A DNA stretch of 62,017 bases, the filler included, from Choristocarpus tenellus KU-1152 (Eukaryota > Protista > Phaeophyceae), in NCBI GenBank assembly GCA_964200185.2. It is 12 parts of 12 records of this genome, joined end to end, with 100 filler letters (N's around TTAATTAATTAA, not from the genome) between each part and the next. Parts side by side here need not be neighbours in the genome. Positions count along the whole stretch, not along the records: positions 10,027 to 19,731 come from CAXNAD020003461.1; positions 19,832 to 23,709 come from CAXNAD020017419.1; positions 23,810 to 27,392 come from CAXNAD020019120.1; 9 more parts are not named here. The stretch is one strand, 5' to 3'. The notes beneath the pieces are model-generated. The model saw nothing but the letters and a program-made list of their open reading frames with translations. It ran no database searches and was not told the DNA's origin. Within the stretch, counting starts at the first letter, position 1, and each line of letters begins with the position of its first letter. Both the position numbers and the translations under genes were made by a program. Positions 12,625-26,272 of the stretch are shown one piece after another.

Positions 12625-15600
12625 GTGAGTTCTGGTGCATGATATTCCTTAATAGTAGACCCTAATTCGAATTGACCCTCAGAAACATTTTGAGGGAAGA
12701 GAGAGCCTAGAGGGTGGTGTGACGTAGCATCATCAGGTACAGATAGGAGAACAAGGACCTAGAGCAGGAGGTACCGGGGGTTGACTGCTGATGGTGGGCA
12801 GAGGAATATGTCTCACTTGCAGAGTTACACCTCGCTCTTTTACATTTGCAGCTCAGGGGGTTATTGACCGGTGGTTCTCTGATTCATTGTTGTGTGGTAG
12901 AGTTTATGATGTACACCTGCTACTTGTGTCCTGTGCTGTGCAGTAGAGGTGCTCTAAGAAAGTTGAAATGGGATGACATCGGCATTGACTGATCCGTCTT
13001 ACTTGTGGGGTATGTTCACCTCAGAAAAAAATGCCCACATAATGTTTGTAAGCCCCAGTATAATTATTTTTACCGACTATTTAAAAAATATGTCTTCTGC
13101 ACTATTGTGGCACTAACCCTCCGCCCTAACCTTTCGTCCTACTTCATACCTTCACCATTCCCCTACGTCCTATTGCCGTAGTTTCCTAAATGTCTCCCCT
13201 AGATCACCTCTTTCACCATTGCAAAGGTCCTTCCTCACCTGTCCCTTTTCTCAGTTCCACCATACCCTAGTCTCAGACCCATCCGCATAATTTCATTGTC
13301 CGCTTTGTGCACACCCTGTGGCCTTAACCCCTACCCTCCTACTTTGTCTGCCATAAACTGTGCTGCCACAAAAAATGGCCTTTTGGAGAAGATGGAGCCT
13401 GGCTTATTCACCAAGGACAAATCAAAATCCAAGGCAGGATGAGAGAATATCCAACAGAAGGGTAAGGGGTTTTTTTGCTCCTTTTTTTCTGGACTGCTTC
13501 CACACTGCTGGGTCTCCACTCTGCCCTCCTGCATCATTGTGCATTATTACCTGAGTAGCTACTAGACCCAATCGATAAGCCGGTCTGTGTTGCTTGATCG
13601 TGACTGAGGTTGAGTTTTCTGATATCTGTTTCTTCAGGTTTCATCTTGACATTTGACAGAGAGAGAGGAGCTGATAGTAGGAAGGCGGTGAGTATTTGTT
13701 TGTCCGTGTAAACAAGACTCCAACCGACAGGAGTTCAAAATGGAGTACCTACTGGGAAGGGGAAGCCGAGTCAGTCTGCATTCACGAGTAGAATAGTTTG
13801 TCCAGAATGCACGCCATGTGTGTATGTGGTGTGGGTGAGGAAGGCTGAGTGTGTCAAGTGTGTGGCGCGCATGTGAAAATGGTCCAGGTAGGCTAATTCT
13901 ACCTCAATGGGCGATGGGGGGTGGGGGATGAGGGGTTGTGACTGGTAGAACACTACTCTACTCTGTTACAATAGCTGAAGAAATAGCAGACAAATTTGGT
14001 CGAAGTTGACAGCATGTTGGTCTGAGTGCGGGTGTGTGTATAGATATCGTACGACAGTGGTTGTTGTAGTACGTGACTAGAGGGCTGGTCCTGAACGCCG
14101 TGACCCGCCCACATAGATAGGTGCTGTTAATATTGTTACATTCGTAGTAAAAAACAGCAAGGACTGATATCTCGATTTTTATTTTAAAAAAATAATTGTT
14201 GCGACGATGCTCCAGTGTGGTGTGCAGTGAGTCATCGAACAAGTGGTGGACGCCTCTGCAAGGAAAGGGAGACCTCATATCGTCTGTTTTTTTGTGTTTT
14301 TTTTGTTTTGTTTTTTGTTTTTGTTTTCTGAGTGAATCGCCATGTTAACTCTCTTTGCATGAAAAAAGAGAGCATGCGGTGAAATAGGTGCGTTCGCGCC
14401 CACAATGCTTAGTGCTGCGAAGAAAGTTCGACCAATCAGGTCGAGGTGCACAGGGCACTTCTTTTTTTTTCAGGTGTCTTTAATTGGCTCTCCATGCTCT
14501 AGCTACGGAGCTCTTGTTCGCACTATGTACAGGCCAGTTTGTTTTTTTTGTCGACAAAAGGAATAAAAGATTCGCACAGGTTTCGCTGTTCAGAACTCAA
14601 GGCAAACAGTCTGTGCACCTCCTCTGTGTTGGGTTGACTTGCTTCAATTCAATTTTGAGTTGATTCACTAATAACACCATGATAATTTTCTTTTATCACA
14701 GCAGTAGAGCAACTAACGCGCTAGAGCTCTGTTATGTACCACTATTCTGCAATTCAACCCTTGCAATCATTCTCAGTCCCCCTCGCATACATACTGTATA
14801 TAACCGAGTGATTCCCATATGTCCATTCGCCTGTGTATCTGTACTAAACCCTGGGCATCTGAACGTATTCAGTGCCGATCCTTGTCATTGCATATCTCCT
14901 CGTGCGTGTGCTCGCACAGATAATACATTTTTGAAAAGATGACCAAAAAAAATCCCAAGAAGCAGGTAAAAGCACACACACCAATGTATTGGACCAGCTC
15001 CAACTGGCTCTATTTTCCTCCAGCTCATCGCAATCAGCGGCAATCCAATCCTCCACAAAGCACCCTGCTGACCATAATTCACTAGATAAGTTCGCATCAC
15101 CAGTGCCAGCTCTTGCTGCCACATGCTCCCTCCCTCTCCATGTGATTCACTGGCTTTGTCTTGCTCCAGCCCTAACCAACTCTGCGCTCTGTGTATGGAT
15201 GCAAGAGTACATTGCTCATACATACCTCATCTTTGATCTGATGTGTTTGCCTGACATCTCTCACGTCTCACACATTACAAGAACAGTATTTCACAGCCGT
15301 TGCAGAGCACTTTTCGTACTACTTGCTGTACCAATAATAATAATAATAATAATAATACAGGTAAAACTTTTTTCTGTGTGGCGTTCGCGCAGTCGGGGTG
15401 ATGCCTGAGGTGAGGCGTGGTCCACAATGTAGAAGAGAGTCATACAACACAAGAGTTGCAGAGAGATTAAAAAAACCCAGCTGGCAACGCCTTCGTGTCG
15501 ATGACTGTGTGAGATGCTTGGTGCAAGTACCATAAAATGCAAGGGTACGTGCCCCAAGGCTCTTGACACAAATGCCGTTGACCATCACTCCCTCGAGCGC

Positions 15601-15790
15601 TAAGGCCACTCCAATTGCACCTCCACATGTGCTCAATTTTTGCACCTCTCCTCTCCATTGTATTCATGAACGCCACTAGCGGGCTGGTCACTATTAGAGG
15701 GACCTATTTTTCCTTTTGTCCTATTCATTGTACTGTTGGTCTGAGGGGCCCCAAAGTCGGTATCAAAATCAAAGGGTATTTGCTTGAAAT

Positions 15791-16000
15791 GAACCAAAGT
15801 AAATGAGAGGTAAACAGGTTTGGGGCGTTTTGCATTCTAGGTCAGTTTTTCCACTCCTGCAATTGACCCGTCGTGTTTCTTTTCCATAGATGAAGAAGTG
15901 CTAAGTTTGAATCGAGAGCGTTGATTTCCCCCCCCAAAAAACTCAAACTTTTCAACGGAATTCAGAAAATGTACTGTACACATATTTCTAAAGTTTGTAT
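15791..16000. mobile_element. MITE family 3, truncated copy (one TIR)
   Basis: GAACCAAAGTAAATGAGAGG start; internal similarity to 43863-44121 and 46881-47155; right boundary approximate. Confidence 0.65.
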
Positions 16001-17231
16001 AGAAAAAAGAAGAGACTCGATGCGCCTAAGAGAGGCAGTAAAAAAAAAAGAAAGACACCACTCACTGACACGCAGTATACCTAAGACACAATGTCATCAA
16101 TGTCAGCATCGCTGAGCAAGGTCTTACAGGGTAAAGGATAGGAAAAAATAAATTAATGACGCATCCCGTATTTTCTTCCGAACAATACAAGCCATGGTCA
16201 CATACACAGCAAAAACCAGAGGCACGAATAATCGACACAAGAGACCAATATTGCGGGAAAAGCAACATCAAAAGCAGTGTGTAATGAGTGAGTGTGCATT
16301 TATGTGACCTGATCTAGGCTGCCTTACTTAGGTGCTGACCAAGCACTACGTACATCAACTATCATAGCGTATCTGGTGCACCACTCTTCCATGAAGCACT
16401 TGCTTCCATCAACCACACAGGCATTGATGTTTCGTACCATCTATCTCCTCTTACGATTTTCGTTCCAAACTTGTCGATCAAAGTCATCTTGCAAACCTCT
16501 ACTAGTACTAATGTGTCCACCTTCCCTCCAATTTTGTTTCAAGTGAGGATTTCCTCAAAAGACATGGGAATTCCATCATCTCGTTCTTACCTTATCAAGG
16601 GTAGTTTTTGATGCATGGGACTCCCCAAGAAAGTGAGTTACTACGTATATAAATACTTATCACACAACCAATGGTTACGTCACAAGCATTGATCTTCGAA
16701 GGGTCTCTCATTGTTCCCACCTACACTTTGACCCAAGTAGGGTGTGTCCTACTTTGAATATTCTTTAATTAATGTCAATTGTAAGCACTACACTTTTATT
16801 TCAAGAATACTGCTGGCAGCCTACTTTGGTACTTGGAAAGAGGTGTAAACAAGCAGTTGATCAATAGACAAATGACAACTTTCTGTTAAGTGTTGTAATG
16901 ATCGACATTTCAGTTCATGAGAAAAAGGGGCAAAAGTTCGTAATCTGCATAAACAATGAGAATGTGCAAAAGAGATCACGCCCAAAAATATTTGTGTTCT
17001 TCCATCTCAGTTATCTAGTCTTAGCCACAATAAAACAAAAACGAACATTGCACAACAAGACCCACTGCCGAGGTCAAAGTTACTGCTTGCACAACAAGTG
17101 AAGGGTCATACTGTTTAGTACCTTTCAGGTTGGTGCGTTTTCTCAGCCCACACGCGTCCGTACAGGCAATAAACGCTTACTAACAACCCTCCTTCAATTA
17201 TGAGGGAGGTTGAGAACTCTAAGTCCATGGT

Positions 17232-18379
17232 TTAGTTGAAGCTGTAGGAGGCGCCCACGAGGTCATTGATGATGTAAGGCTGGTTGGAGAGCTCCTCATG
17301 GACCATCATGGCGAGGATACCCATCTGGGCGGCGCGGCCGTTGTTGAGCTCGATTGCGCGCTTGGAGGCCTGGGTCTCCTCAGACATGGCGTCCCAAGAA
17401 GAGGCGAAGGGGTTGCCGCCGATGGTGAAGTCACCAGGGAAGGAGCCCTCCACGTTCTTCATCACAGCAAGCTCGAGGAAACCGACGAAAGCCACGATCT
17501 GGGCAAGGCCCAGAGGCGGGATCTTGGAAAGGGCAGCCACACCGTTGGGCATGTCAGCGAAGGACAGGTTGGCGGAGTTGGACAGCATACCCGGCAGACG
17601 GGTGTTTTGTGCGACCATGTGGCCAACAACGGCGAGCATGGAGATACGGCCGTGCTTGATCTCCACGTACCGGAGGCGCTCAAAGCGCTCCTGGTCAGCG
17701 TCGGCGAGCAGGCCAAGGGGGTCGAAGAACCCAAGGGGGGGCTGGGCTCCGATCTCTGACTCGAAGGACATCTTCATGGCAGAGGAGGTTTTAGCAGAGG
17801 CCAGCGAGGTACCCTTGAAGGCGCTGGTTAGGCGGAAACGATACGATGGTGCGATAGGAGCAAAGGTAAGAATCAGCGTTCACAATGGAGAAACTCAATA
17901 GAATGCATTCACGACCTTGAGTGACACAGCGCAAAACGCTGCCCCTGGCTCACCCTGATCAGATAAAGACCTCATCATCGTCCATACTTAAGGGGCAGGA
18001 CACTACATCTAGCAAACAGGAAATCTTCGCCCCTTGCAGTCGAGAACGGAAACATGACAAAACCCTCTCCCACATGACTACCCTTTACCAAATGAACCCC
18101 GAGCTTCGGCATTATCCACTAGAAAGGCACTTCGACCAAATGGAACAGACTCCTCTGACAAGAATTGAGTGTGTCAATACACCAGAATTAAGGCTAGCAA
18201 ATAGAAACTACACTAGGAACTAACAGCATTTCTATCCTAAGCATTCCTCAGCTGTGGCGCAGTGAGGAAACATGACTTGACACATGTACTGCAGGAGACT
18301 TCAGTGAAACTCACGTGGGAGCAACAAACGCGGAAGCGCTGGCGATCATGGCCACGGTGGTAGCGATCTCGAACTTCAT
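17232..18379 (-). CDS. LHCF: Fucoxanthin-chlorophyll a/c binding protein (LHCF family), complete, ~218 aa. Exons 18379-18315 and 17823-17232
   Basis: MKFEIATTVAMIASASAFVAPT|AFKGTSLASAKTSSAMKMSFESEIGAQPPLGFFDPLG...EIKHGRISMLA...ELNNGRAAQMG; signal peptide with ASAF motif; phase-2 GT-AG intron. Confidence 0.97.
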
Positions 18380-18924
18380 GATTGTACTTGGAGGTAGTTG
18401 TAAATTGAATGGATGTTCTTCGATACGGATCCGCGAGAGTGAGAGGAGGAGGTGTTGTGGGGGTATTCAGGGACAATCTAAAAAATCCTCAGGGACTTGA
18501 GGAATATCTTTCAAGTTCGCCTCTTTACTTCATTTTATTATAAGGTACAGTTAACATGGCTAGATATTTTTATATATTTTGTCCTCTGTACAGTCCATAC
18601 ACTTATCACAGAAAAACAAAATCAAAATCAAAACTATGTGTAAAAACACTATATAGTGTGAGAGTCAGTTTTTTTTTTGAGGTCTTCTCATATTGATGTT
18701 GATAATGCGCGCAGTCATATGCATTCTCTCGCGCCACCTTTGGACATGGAGGCAGTTTAGTTGATGTGGTGTGGGTCAGACACACGAACAGGTCGCTGTA
18801 ACCCCAAACCAGGCCGCACAACACTATTTAAATACAACTACTATACTTCCTCTTGTAAATATAGTGTTGTCTCCTAGATGTTATGTTTCCAGAAATCCAA
18901 CCAGCCTCCCATCTACCACCCCCA

Positions 18925-19375
18925 TCCACCAGCAATGGTGTAGCTGTTGCTGGAGCTGAGGCGCAAAAAAAACGCACCCAGAACAAGGGTTCTTTTGACC
19001 CTCGTAGTTTTAACCTCAATACCTTCGCGCTGGAAAGTTTGAGCACCTCGGTAAGCAGGCAGAAAGGTTTCTGGATGAGTTGACTACATGCACGGTAGGG
19101 GGGAGAGGGGCAGGAGGCTACAGCAGGAAAGGAGCTGTCAAATCTCGTTTACGACAGATAGTGTCTGTCACAACACAAGTGGCTCTACCAAGACATGTCA
19201 TGCGTTTTAAGCTAGAGACACCAGGGAGATGGGCAACGAGGGACCTGGCAGACTCTTGGGATGCTTCCCTACCTCCTCACTCACCCTGGCGTGTAGGGCT
19301 AAGCTAGGTTGGATACATAGGAGGGGAGTGGTGTAACATAGGTGCAGTCAAATTGTAAATAAATTATAGAAAAAA
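18925..19375 (+). mobile_element. Decayed 3' fragment of non-LTR retrotransposon with restriction-like endonuclease (CRE/NeSL-like)
   Basis: Translates with frameshifts as GVAVAGAEAQK...SFDPRSFNLNTFALES...RFLDEL...VGGRG...KSRLRQIVSVTTQVAL; homologous to 52716-53249. Confidence 0.75.
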
Positions 19376-19840
19376 AACGCATTTACCATGCATAAGTGAG
19401 AGTTTATGAAGTAATCTGAGTCTTGTGGGCAGAAGAATTCTTGTTGGCTGGGGGCACAGGACAAGGGAAGGCAGTGGAAAGAAAAAGAAGGAAGCAGGAA
19501 GAACGAATAGTTAGAGAAGGAGAGAAAAGTTAATGGAAACGAGTGGTAGGAAGAAGAGGTTAGGAACAGAATTCAGTAAGTAGTAAGAGGGCTGAGAACC
19601 AGGGGTACAGGACGAGGAGGGGAGACCAAGGCAACCTCCGAGCAAGCTCTCCCGCCCACCCACCCTGTGTTACAGGCGACAGCGCGAGCGTTTCTTCTTG
19701 TATTTCAACGAAGTGCAAGCGTTTGTTACACNNNNNNNNNNNNNNNNNNNNNNNNNNNNNNNNNNNNNNNNNNNNTTAATTAATTAANNNNNNNNNNNNN
19801 NNNNNNNNNNNNNNNNNNNNNNNNNNNNNNNTGGTGGGGT

Positions 19841-19885
<45 letters not shown>

Positions 19886-20597
19886 CTGATTTAATTGTAA
19901 TTTAAGGTTCTTTTGGTTCGCAGCACTATGGATATTGGACTAGAACTTGCATGCAACTAATAGTGAAAGTGATGGCAGGGGAGGGATACTGACGTGACTA
20001 TTTACAAGAGAAAAAAGACTGGGGGGAGGGGGGGGGGTGGAATGGATCCTATTTGTTGGGTGCAACTTGACACTCGAAGCAATGCTATCAGTGCAAACTT
20101 GTTTTTTTTATTGTGCCCCTGCCCCCCCAGTCTTTTTCAAGGGTAGTGTTTACTTTTCGATTGATCTTTTTGTTTTTTGTGACTCTGGTAGGGTTAGGGA
20201 TTGATTAAAAAAAAATGTGGTATTGGTCCCTCTTGACTGTATGTAGACTGTTTTGTCAACAAAGCAAGTGAGGAGTCCATAACTTGTGTGCAATAGCGAC
20301 AGGCTCGATTAGGTAACGTAATGGCATCTGTCATGGAACAAGACAGGTGAAGTCAGTGGGCTTTATTAGTAGTAGTAGTAGTAGTATTAGAGATGTGCAG
20401 GGTTGGAGAGATTTGAGACATAGTAAAATTAATTTGCCACCGGTAGGTTATTTCCTTTCCTCTAGTGTACCATGTACCATCCTTGTGTTGGTTCAGAGTG
20501 CCTCGAGTGCTCTGTTGCATGATAAGAGGAAGATTGATCATTTGTCTGGTGAGTTGCCCACAACAACAACACTCTCCTGTTGCTATGCTTTTAAGGA

Positions 20598-20715
20598 TCT
20601 TAATGATATTCATTATCTTAATGATATTCATTATCTTAATGATATTCATTATCTTAATGATATTCATTATCTTAATGATATTCATTATCTTAATGATATT
20701 CATTATTTTAATGAT
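20598..20715 (+). repeat. 18-bp tandem repeat (CTTAATGATATTCATTAT) x~6.5
   Basis: Directly visible; source of the LNDIHY/MNIIKI repeat ORFs. Confidence 0.95.
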
Positions 20716-21739
20716 GTTGGGTCGAGAGAGGGATGGGTTGGAGATAACATCGTGTCATGATGTTATGGATCGGGTTCCTGTTGTACCAGTGAACATTTAG
20801 CTCATGAAGCTGTACTGTACTACCATGTACTGTACTACCATGTACTGTACTACCATCACGATGTGATTCTTCCAAGGCTTCATGACATCACCCCTCCAGA
20901 CAAAGGGATTGGAAAGGGGGACATCCAGAGGGGTCAAGTGCTAGATGCTCATTGATATTCTTTGGGGAAGTTGCCACCTACTGTGAGATGTTTACATGTA
21001 TATATATATATATATATATTTATTTTTAATTCTCAAACAACACCTTCCTCCCCCCCTACTGTGAGATGTTTACATATATATATATTATTATTTATTTATT
21101 TATTTTTTTAATTCTCAAACAACACCTTCCTCTCTCGACCAGATGCAACTGTTCCCCCCCAATCCCTAATTGGTCGTCCCTCAACCAGATGCAACTGGGC
21201 AACAGACTCTTTTGGATGTAGTTGGGTGCATTATGGTCTTTGAAAACACAAGGAATATCTCGCCATACACCCCAACATTAAGGGATGGTGACCAGCATGA
21301 CCCACCTCAGGTATGCTAAGGCCTCCAACTCAAGTATCCTTGAGCTGGTGGGCTTGATCCCTCTCCCCTTACCCATAGGATACGGGAAGGCGCTTTTACC
21401 CCTGACACGAGCAATTGTATTTTATTTTATGTCTCTCCTCACCTTACAGGTTGGAGGGTGGGATGAAAGGGTCCCAAGCGGTTTCCGTATTGTACTAAGT
21501 ATCAGTATCATTCCAATGGTTTCACTGTGCTTGGTTGTGTACAGATTTGGAATGTAATTTCTTTCATATTCACGACTTATGACTGCATTTAGAGACAAGA
21601 AAACGCCTTCCTGCAACCTGGACTTGAATACCCTTACCTTTGTCAGAGTTGCACTTAGCTCGATGCATATACTGCCTTGAAGGCTATGATAGATGATGAT
21701 TCAGTGATAGCAATGGACATTGTTATTGGTGTTAAGATC

Positions 21740-22260
21740 GTAGTATGTGTGTGTATTGCGTACCCTGTAATGTCATTGATGTTAGTATTGTGTACCTTGT
21801 AATGTCATTATGTTATTATGTGTATATTATGTACCATGTGATGTCATCGGTAGTATGTGTGTATGGTATACCTTGTAATGTCATTGATGGTAGTATGTGT
21901 GTTTATTGTGTACCTTGTAATATCATTGATGTTAATATGTGGGTTTATTGTGTACCTTGTAACGTCATTATGTCATTATGTGTATATTATGTACCATGTA
22001 ATGTCATTGGTAGTATGTGTGTATGGTATACCTTGATATGTCATTGATGGTAGTATGTGTGTTTATTGTGTACCTTGTAATGCCATTGATGTTATTATGT
22101 GTGTATTGTGTACCTTGTAATGCCATTGATGTTATTATGTGTGTATTGTGTACCTTGTAATGCCATTGATGTTATGACATGCGTGTATTGTGTACCTTGT
22201 AATATCATTGATGTTATGACATGCGTGTATTGTGTACCTTGTAATATCATTGATGTTATT
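21740..22260 (+). repeat. ~36-40-bp minisatellite (GTGTATTGTGTACCTTGTAATGTCATTGATGTTATTAT variants), >10 copies
   Basis: Directly visible; units follow each other with no unique spacers. Confidence 0.92.
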
Positions 22261-23529
22261 AATAGTTCACTCAATACCAGTGGACACCTCTTATTGGTCA
22301 ATTAAAGAACTACAAGAGTGAAGATGCAACTGGCTGCATGAGTCAACTGGCTATTTGACTACCCAGGATAATTCTGACCAACCTTGGCGGCGGGGAGTTG
22401 AGTTAGTTAGGAGTGGCATTCCTTCATGGACTATCTTTCATTGCCTCAAGGAAGGATGGCAATCTCCCTTTTTCAAGTAACATGGCGGTCATACTACTAC
22501 CCCAGATTTGTTTTATGTTGCTCTCTTTTGTATTTGGCAATTGCTATACTTCACTGCAAGGACCATCAATCGTCTTTATGACAGTCCACGTGAGTTGTGG
22601 GTTGTGAGTTGTCATCACCTCCAAGAATGTTGCATATGCTACCAATGTCTCTAGCATGCAATATCTTTCTACTTACAATATCTTTTTACTTGCCCTGAGA
22701 ACCTACCTCGGGCTGTGCTGCATGCCTGCATGATGGTGATGCGAGCATACAAGGGCTGGTTCTGCTGCTATGTCATACGTTATTGTTAACCTGTGTCCTG
22801 GTGCATGCAGTGACACTTCTTGTACATTGCCATAGGGTTAGCGCTAGGGATAGGGTGAGAAAAAAAATGAAGAAATTAATTATCGATAAGGCGTGTCACT
22901 GGAAAAAACAATAAACTTTCTGGGGGGATTGTTTTTCGTAGTAGAGCTTCAGGCGTGTTTCAAGACGTAAGATGTTTTTTGGATTTATCGAAACAAGTCT
23001 TTTGTACTCGCCTGACTTGTTTTCAACCGGTGTTAGCTGTTAGTTGGCTGTTAGTTGGCTGTTAGTTGCTTGCATCGGAGTTGTTTGAAGTGTGAAGGGT
23101 GCTTGGCTCATTGTTTTGCGGTGGTTCTCTCTTGAGCTCTTGTTCATTGCTTAGAAGAACCAACTGAGAGTCACTTACAAGGGGGTGTGCTGTGCATCTT
23201 TAAGGTACTCTGTACCTTTAATTTCCTCATTCATGTAACGTGTGTGGTGAATGACCTCTTTGTGCTTGTATCAAGGGACAGACACCAGAGTGCAGAATGT
23301 GAATCGTATTGTACCACTAGTTAGACCACAGTGGTACTCTAGTACTTGATAACATGTCCATAGTGGCAACAGTGTTACTATTAATATGAGTAGTTTGACC
23401 TACTCAACAGTATGTTATGTTATGTTATGTTGTGTGTATGGTCATTACCTTGATGAGTATGCCAAGCATTTAGTTGTGGTGTGTGTGATCTATCACACGT
23501 CATACAGTTCTGAACTATCAAACCGCTCT

Positions 23530-23709
23530 GGCTCAAGGTATCTGGGGGGGTGGGGTGGCCGCTGTCGATTCGGGGCCCATTTTTCTATGTTGCGATTTTT
23601 GAGTGATTTGGTTGCATGCGTCAGATGGATATAAGTTTTTTTTTATAATTTAAGTTTGTTTCTCTTGGCCAAAATCCAAATGAACACCCTGGTGTAGATT
23701 CCCCCCACC
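23530..23709. mobile_element. MITE family 2 copy, cut by contig end
   Basis: GGCTCAAGGTATCTGGGGGGG start; reverse orientation relative to 10065-10247. Confidence 0.8.
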
Positions 23710-25654
23710 NNNNNNNNNNNNNNNNNNNNNNNNNNNNNNNNNNNNNNNNNNNNTTAATTAATTAANNNNNNNNNNNNNNNNNNNNNNNNNNNNNNNNNNN
23801 NNNNNNNNNACCCACCACCAATCCTACCAAGCATCAACTATTTTTTTCGGTACAAGTCATTTCAGCTGTTATTACGAACACAGGAGGCACACTCACGGCT
23901 CTGATCCGTTGCAGAGGTTTCATTCCGACTATTGTGGAGATGTTTGCCCTCAGTTGGCGGACGGGCCCCACCTGTTGGTCGCCAGATGAAACCTTCTGCA
24001 GAAGTTGGGTCACCTCCCTCTTCCTCTCCTCGTAGTGGGGCTTGACCCAGAGGTCGTGCATACTGCACTTCTCGTATGCGAGCCTGTCCATTTCCCTGGC
24101 AGCCCGTGCATCATTCACGTAACGTCCAGAATTCAGGCGGTTTTGCAACAATCAATAAGTGCGGTGCAGAAAAAGATGCTGACGGTGTATTTTACAATTC
24201 AGGGGCGCATGGCGATGTATGGGTGCGCAGGAGATACGGAAAAGGCAAAAGAAGATAACCGCTGCAACTGCACTATTTACCAACCTTTGGAGCTCTGGTG
24301 TCCATTTCTCCTTGGGCACAATCTGCCTGGTGCGCGAGATAAGCATCTCAGACATGTGCGCGTCCGATTTGATGTCCTTGTGGTCCGTCGTCGTAGGAGC
24401 CTTCCCGTAGAATGACTTGTACCCACTAAAATAGAATTGCCATGAAGGACGTCAAGGAGAACGATGAGCAGGTTATGAAGAGGAAAGGGTCGCCACTGCA
24501 GCAAATATTTATCACTCGATTGTTGTACTTCCTAAAAGACAAGAGCGCACATACACAGGAAACACACTCTGTAGAATTACCAGAATACTACGAAGAGATT
24601 TTCGTTCGACACAACAATGGCCGACTACATTCTTCATCGTAGGAGACGCTTATTTCACGCTCCTGTGCAATGTGCTGTGACCTACATAAACTGTGCTTAC
24701 TGCTGTCTACACGATAAAACACTGGCGTTTTGACTTGCCTAGCAAGAAGGTGGATGCATAGCCCCTGCTTGAGAGAAGTGAAGCCGGCAAACTCCTCGCT
24801 CATCAGATAGTTAGTGTGACTGTGTTGCGGTCAATCTGTGGTGACGAGGTCTCACACACTTCCTTCAGTACCTTGAAGGACTCTGGTTGAAGGGACTTTA
24901 CGCCTTGCTGCCAGTTTTGTAGAGTTGTTTTCACCGGGGTAGTAACACCCACCTTCGCGATGGGAAGAAAACGGAAAATATTTTGCAACGAGCCAGCGAG
25001 GATGGGGCATCGTTATTACCACGCCAACGCAGTATGTATGTGTGTGTGGGGGGGGGGGGTTCAGGCAACACCGTCGATAAAACAATCAAGGACGCTCTTT
25101 ATTACATGTCTGTGGTTAACCACACATACATACTACATGGTCACCTGAAAATCAATAAGTTGGTTGACGGGGTATCTAAACGCGGGATAACTATCTCAAC
25201 TTAGGTTGAATAGTAGGACACAGAGAGATCTCGCAACAGCTGTAACCCAACTAGAGGAGGAGTAGAGCGCAGCCATCCCACCAATGTCGACAACTCTCTC
25301 ACCTTTTGGTACATTCTGCGGATCTCTGCTAGTGGCACTTCTTTCTTCTTCGTTTGTCGCTTGATAGCTTCTTGGAGCTCGTGCTGAAAATATATCTTAT
25401 CGTATAACGTGCGCTCAACCACACTCTTGGTCGCGTCGTTGAGTGCTATAAGCATGGCGGTGCAGTGGGCGAACGGGACAAGAGTTAGGTGGGGAGCGGT
25501 CGCGGGACACACGCGACCTGCAGCACTGAGAAACATGTTGCTGTGGACAGGAATACCACGAGGGATAAAAAAGATGAGCAACAAAAAGATCCACAATGGG
25601 TTGACTGACAGTGAACATAGGAAGGGAAACTCGGCAACAACTTCGTATATCAGA

Positions 25655-25872
25655 ATAGTCATCAGGCGATCATGGAACAACGAAAACACTCTACTTCGGT
25701 GCTTAGGTGATCAGAATTGTTAGGCGATCATGGAACAACGTCATGATGATCAACTTACTTGGTTGCTTACTTGATGGTAATAGTCATCAGGCGAACATGG
25801 ATCAACGAGAACACTAAACTTTATTGCTTAGTTGATCAGAATGGTCAGGCGATTATGGAACAACGAAAACAC
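25655..25872 (+). repeat. ~60-bp tandem repeat x4 (core AGGCGATCATGGAACAACG) inside intron 1 of the ParB-like pseudogene
   Basis: Directly visible. Confidence 0.85.
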
Positions 25873-26014
25873 TCCATCACCCACCGTTGGCAATTAGCCT
25901 CTCTTCTGCTTGGTTGAACTCCATGTAGATCCGCATGGTGAAAGCGCGCTCGTGATCAAACTCTCTCTTCAGCACCGTTATTCAATGGTTTCCGTCCAAT
26001 ACACGCCCTTCAAT

Positions 26015-26272
26015 GAGTGAAAGTATCTTAGAGGGTGCGAATTTTGCCCTGTTTGTCCATTTGGGGCTTCTCCCCCCACAGGTTTAATGTGACATGTTCC
26101 TTCTCTAAAATGTTTCGGAGTAGGTAAAATGTATACGTTATGAAAAAATGTGTTCGGAATAAGGATATTGATACTTCTCAACGAGGACAATGGCACAAAT
26201 TACACCAAAATCGCAACATTGGATTTTGACCTCTAAATGGACGAGGCCATACCCTCTAAGATACTTTGACTC
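26015..26272. mobile_element. MITE family 1 copy B, 4-bp TSD CAAT
   Basis: 22-bp TIRs with one mismatch; removing the element plus one CAAT restores the host reading frame (ALAIEGRVLDG). Confidence 0.93.

Noticed and set aside
12990-16640. Possible multi-exon gene(s) on the minus strand; similar exon-like pieces at 21300-22790, 34840-36540 and 39973-40173
   Set aside because: Splice-like boundaries exist, but I could not build a phase-consistent model with a recognisable motif.
17184-17212. Hairpin just downstream of the LHCF stop codon as a terminator
   Set aside because: Imperfect stem in a eukaryotic 3'UTR; no basis for assigning a function.
17284-17901. Long antisense ORFs over LHCF
   Set aside because: By-product of GC3-biased codon usage on the opposite strand.
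19836-19886. Long poly-G run as a G-quadruplex element
   Set aside because: At a contig edge; length unreliable and possibly a sequencing artefact.
20347-20800. Repeat-protein ORFs (LNDIHY, MNIIKI) and similar low-complexity ORFs at 50646-51035 and 52154-52750
   Set aside because: Produced by tandem repeats or microsatellites; no independent evidence of coding.
21740-22260. CRISPR-like array (36-40-bp period); 25655-25872 also considered
   Set aside because: Units abut with no unique spacers, no cas genes, eukaryotic context; ordinary minisatellites.
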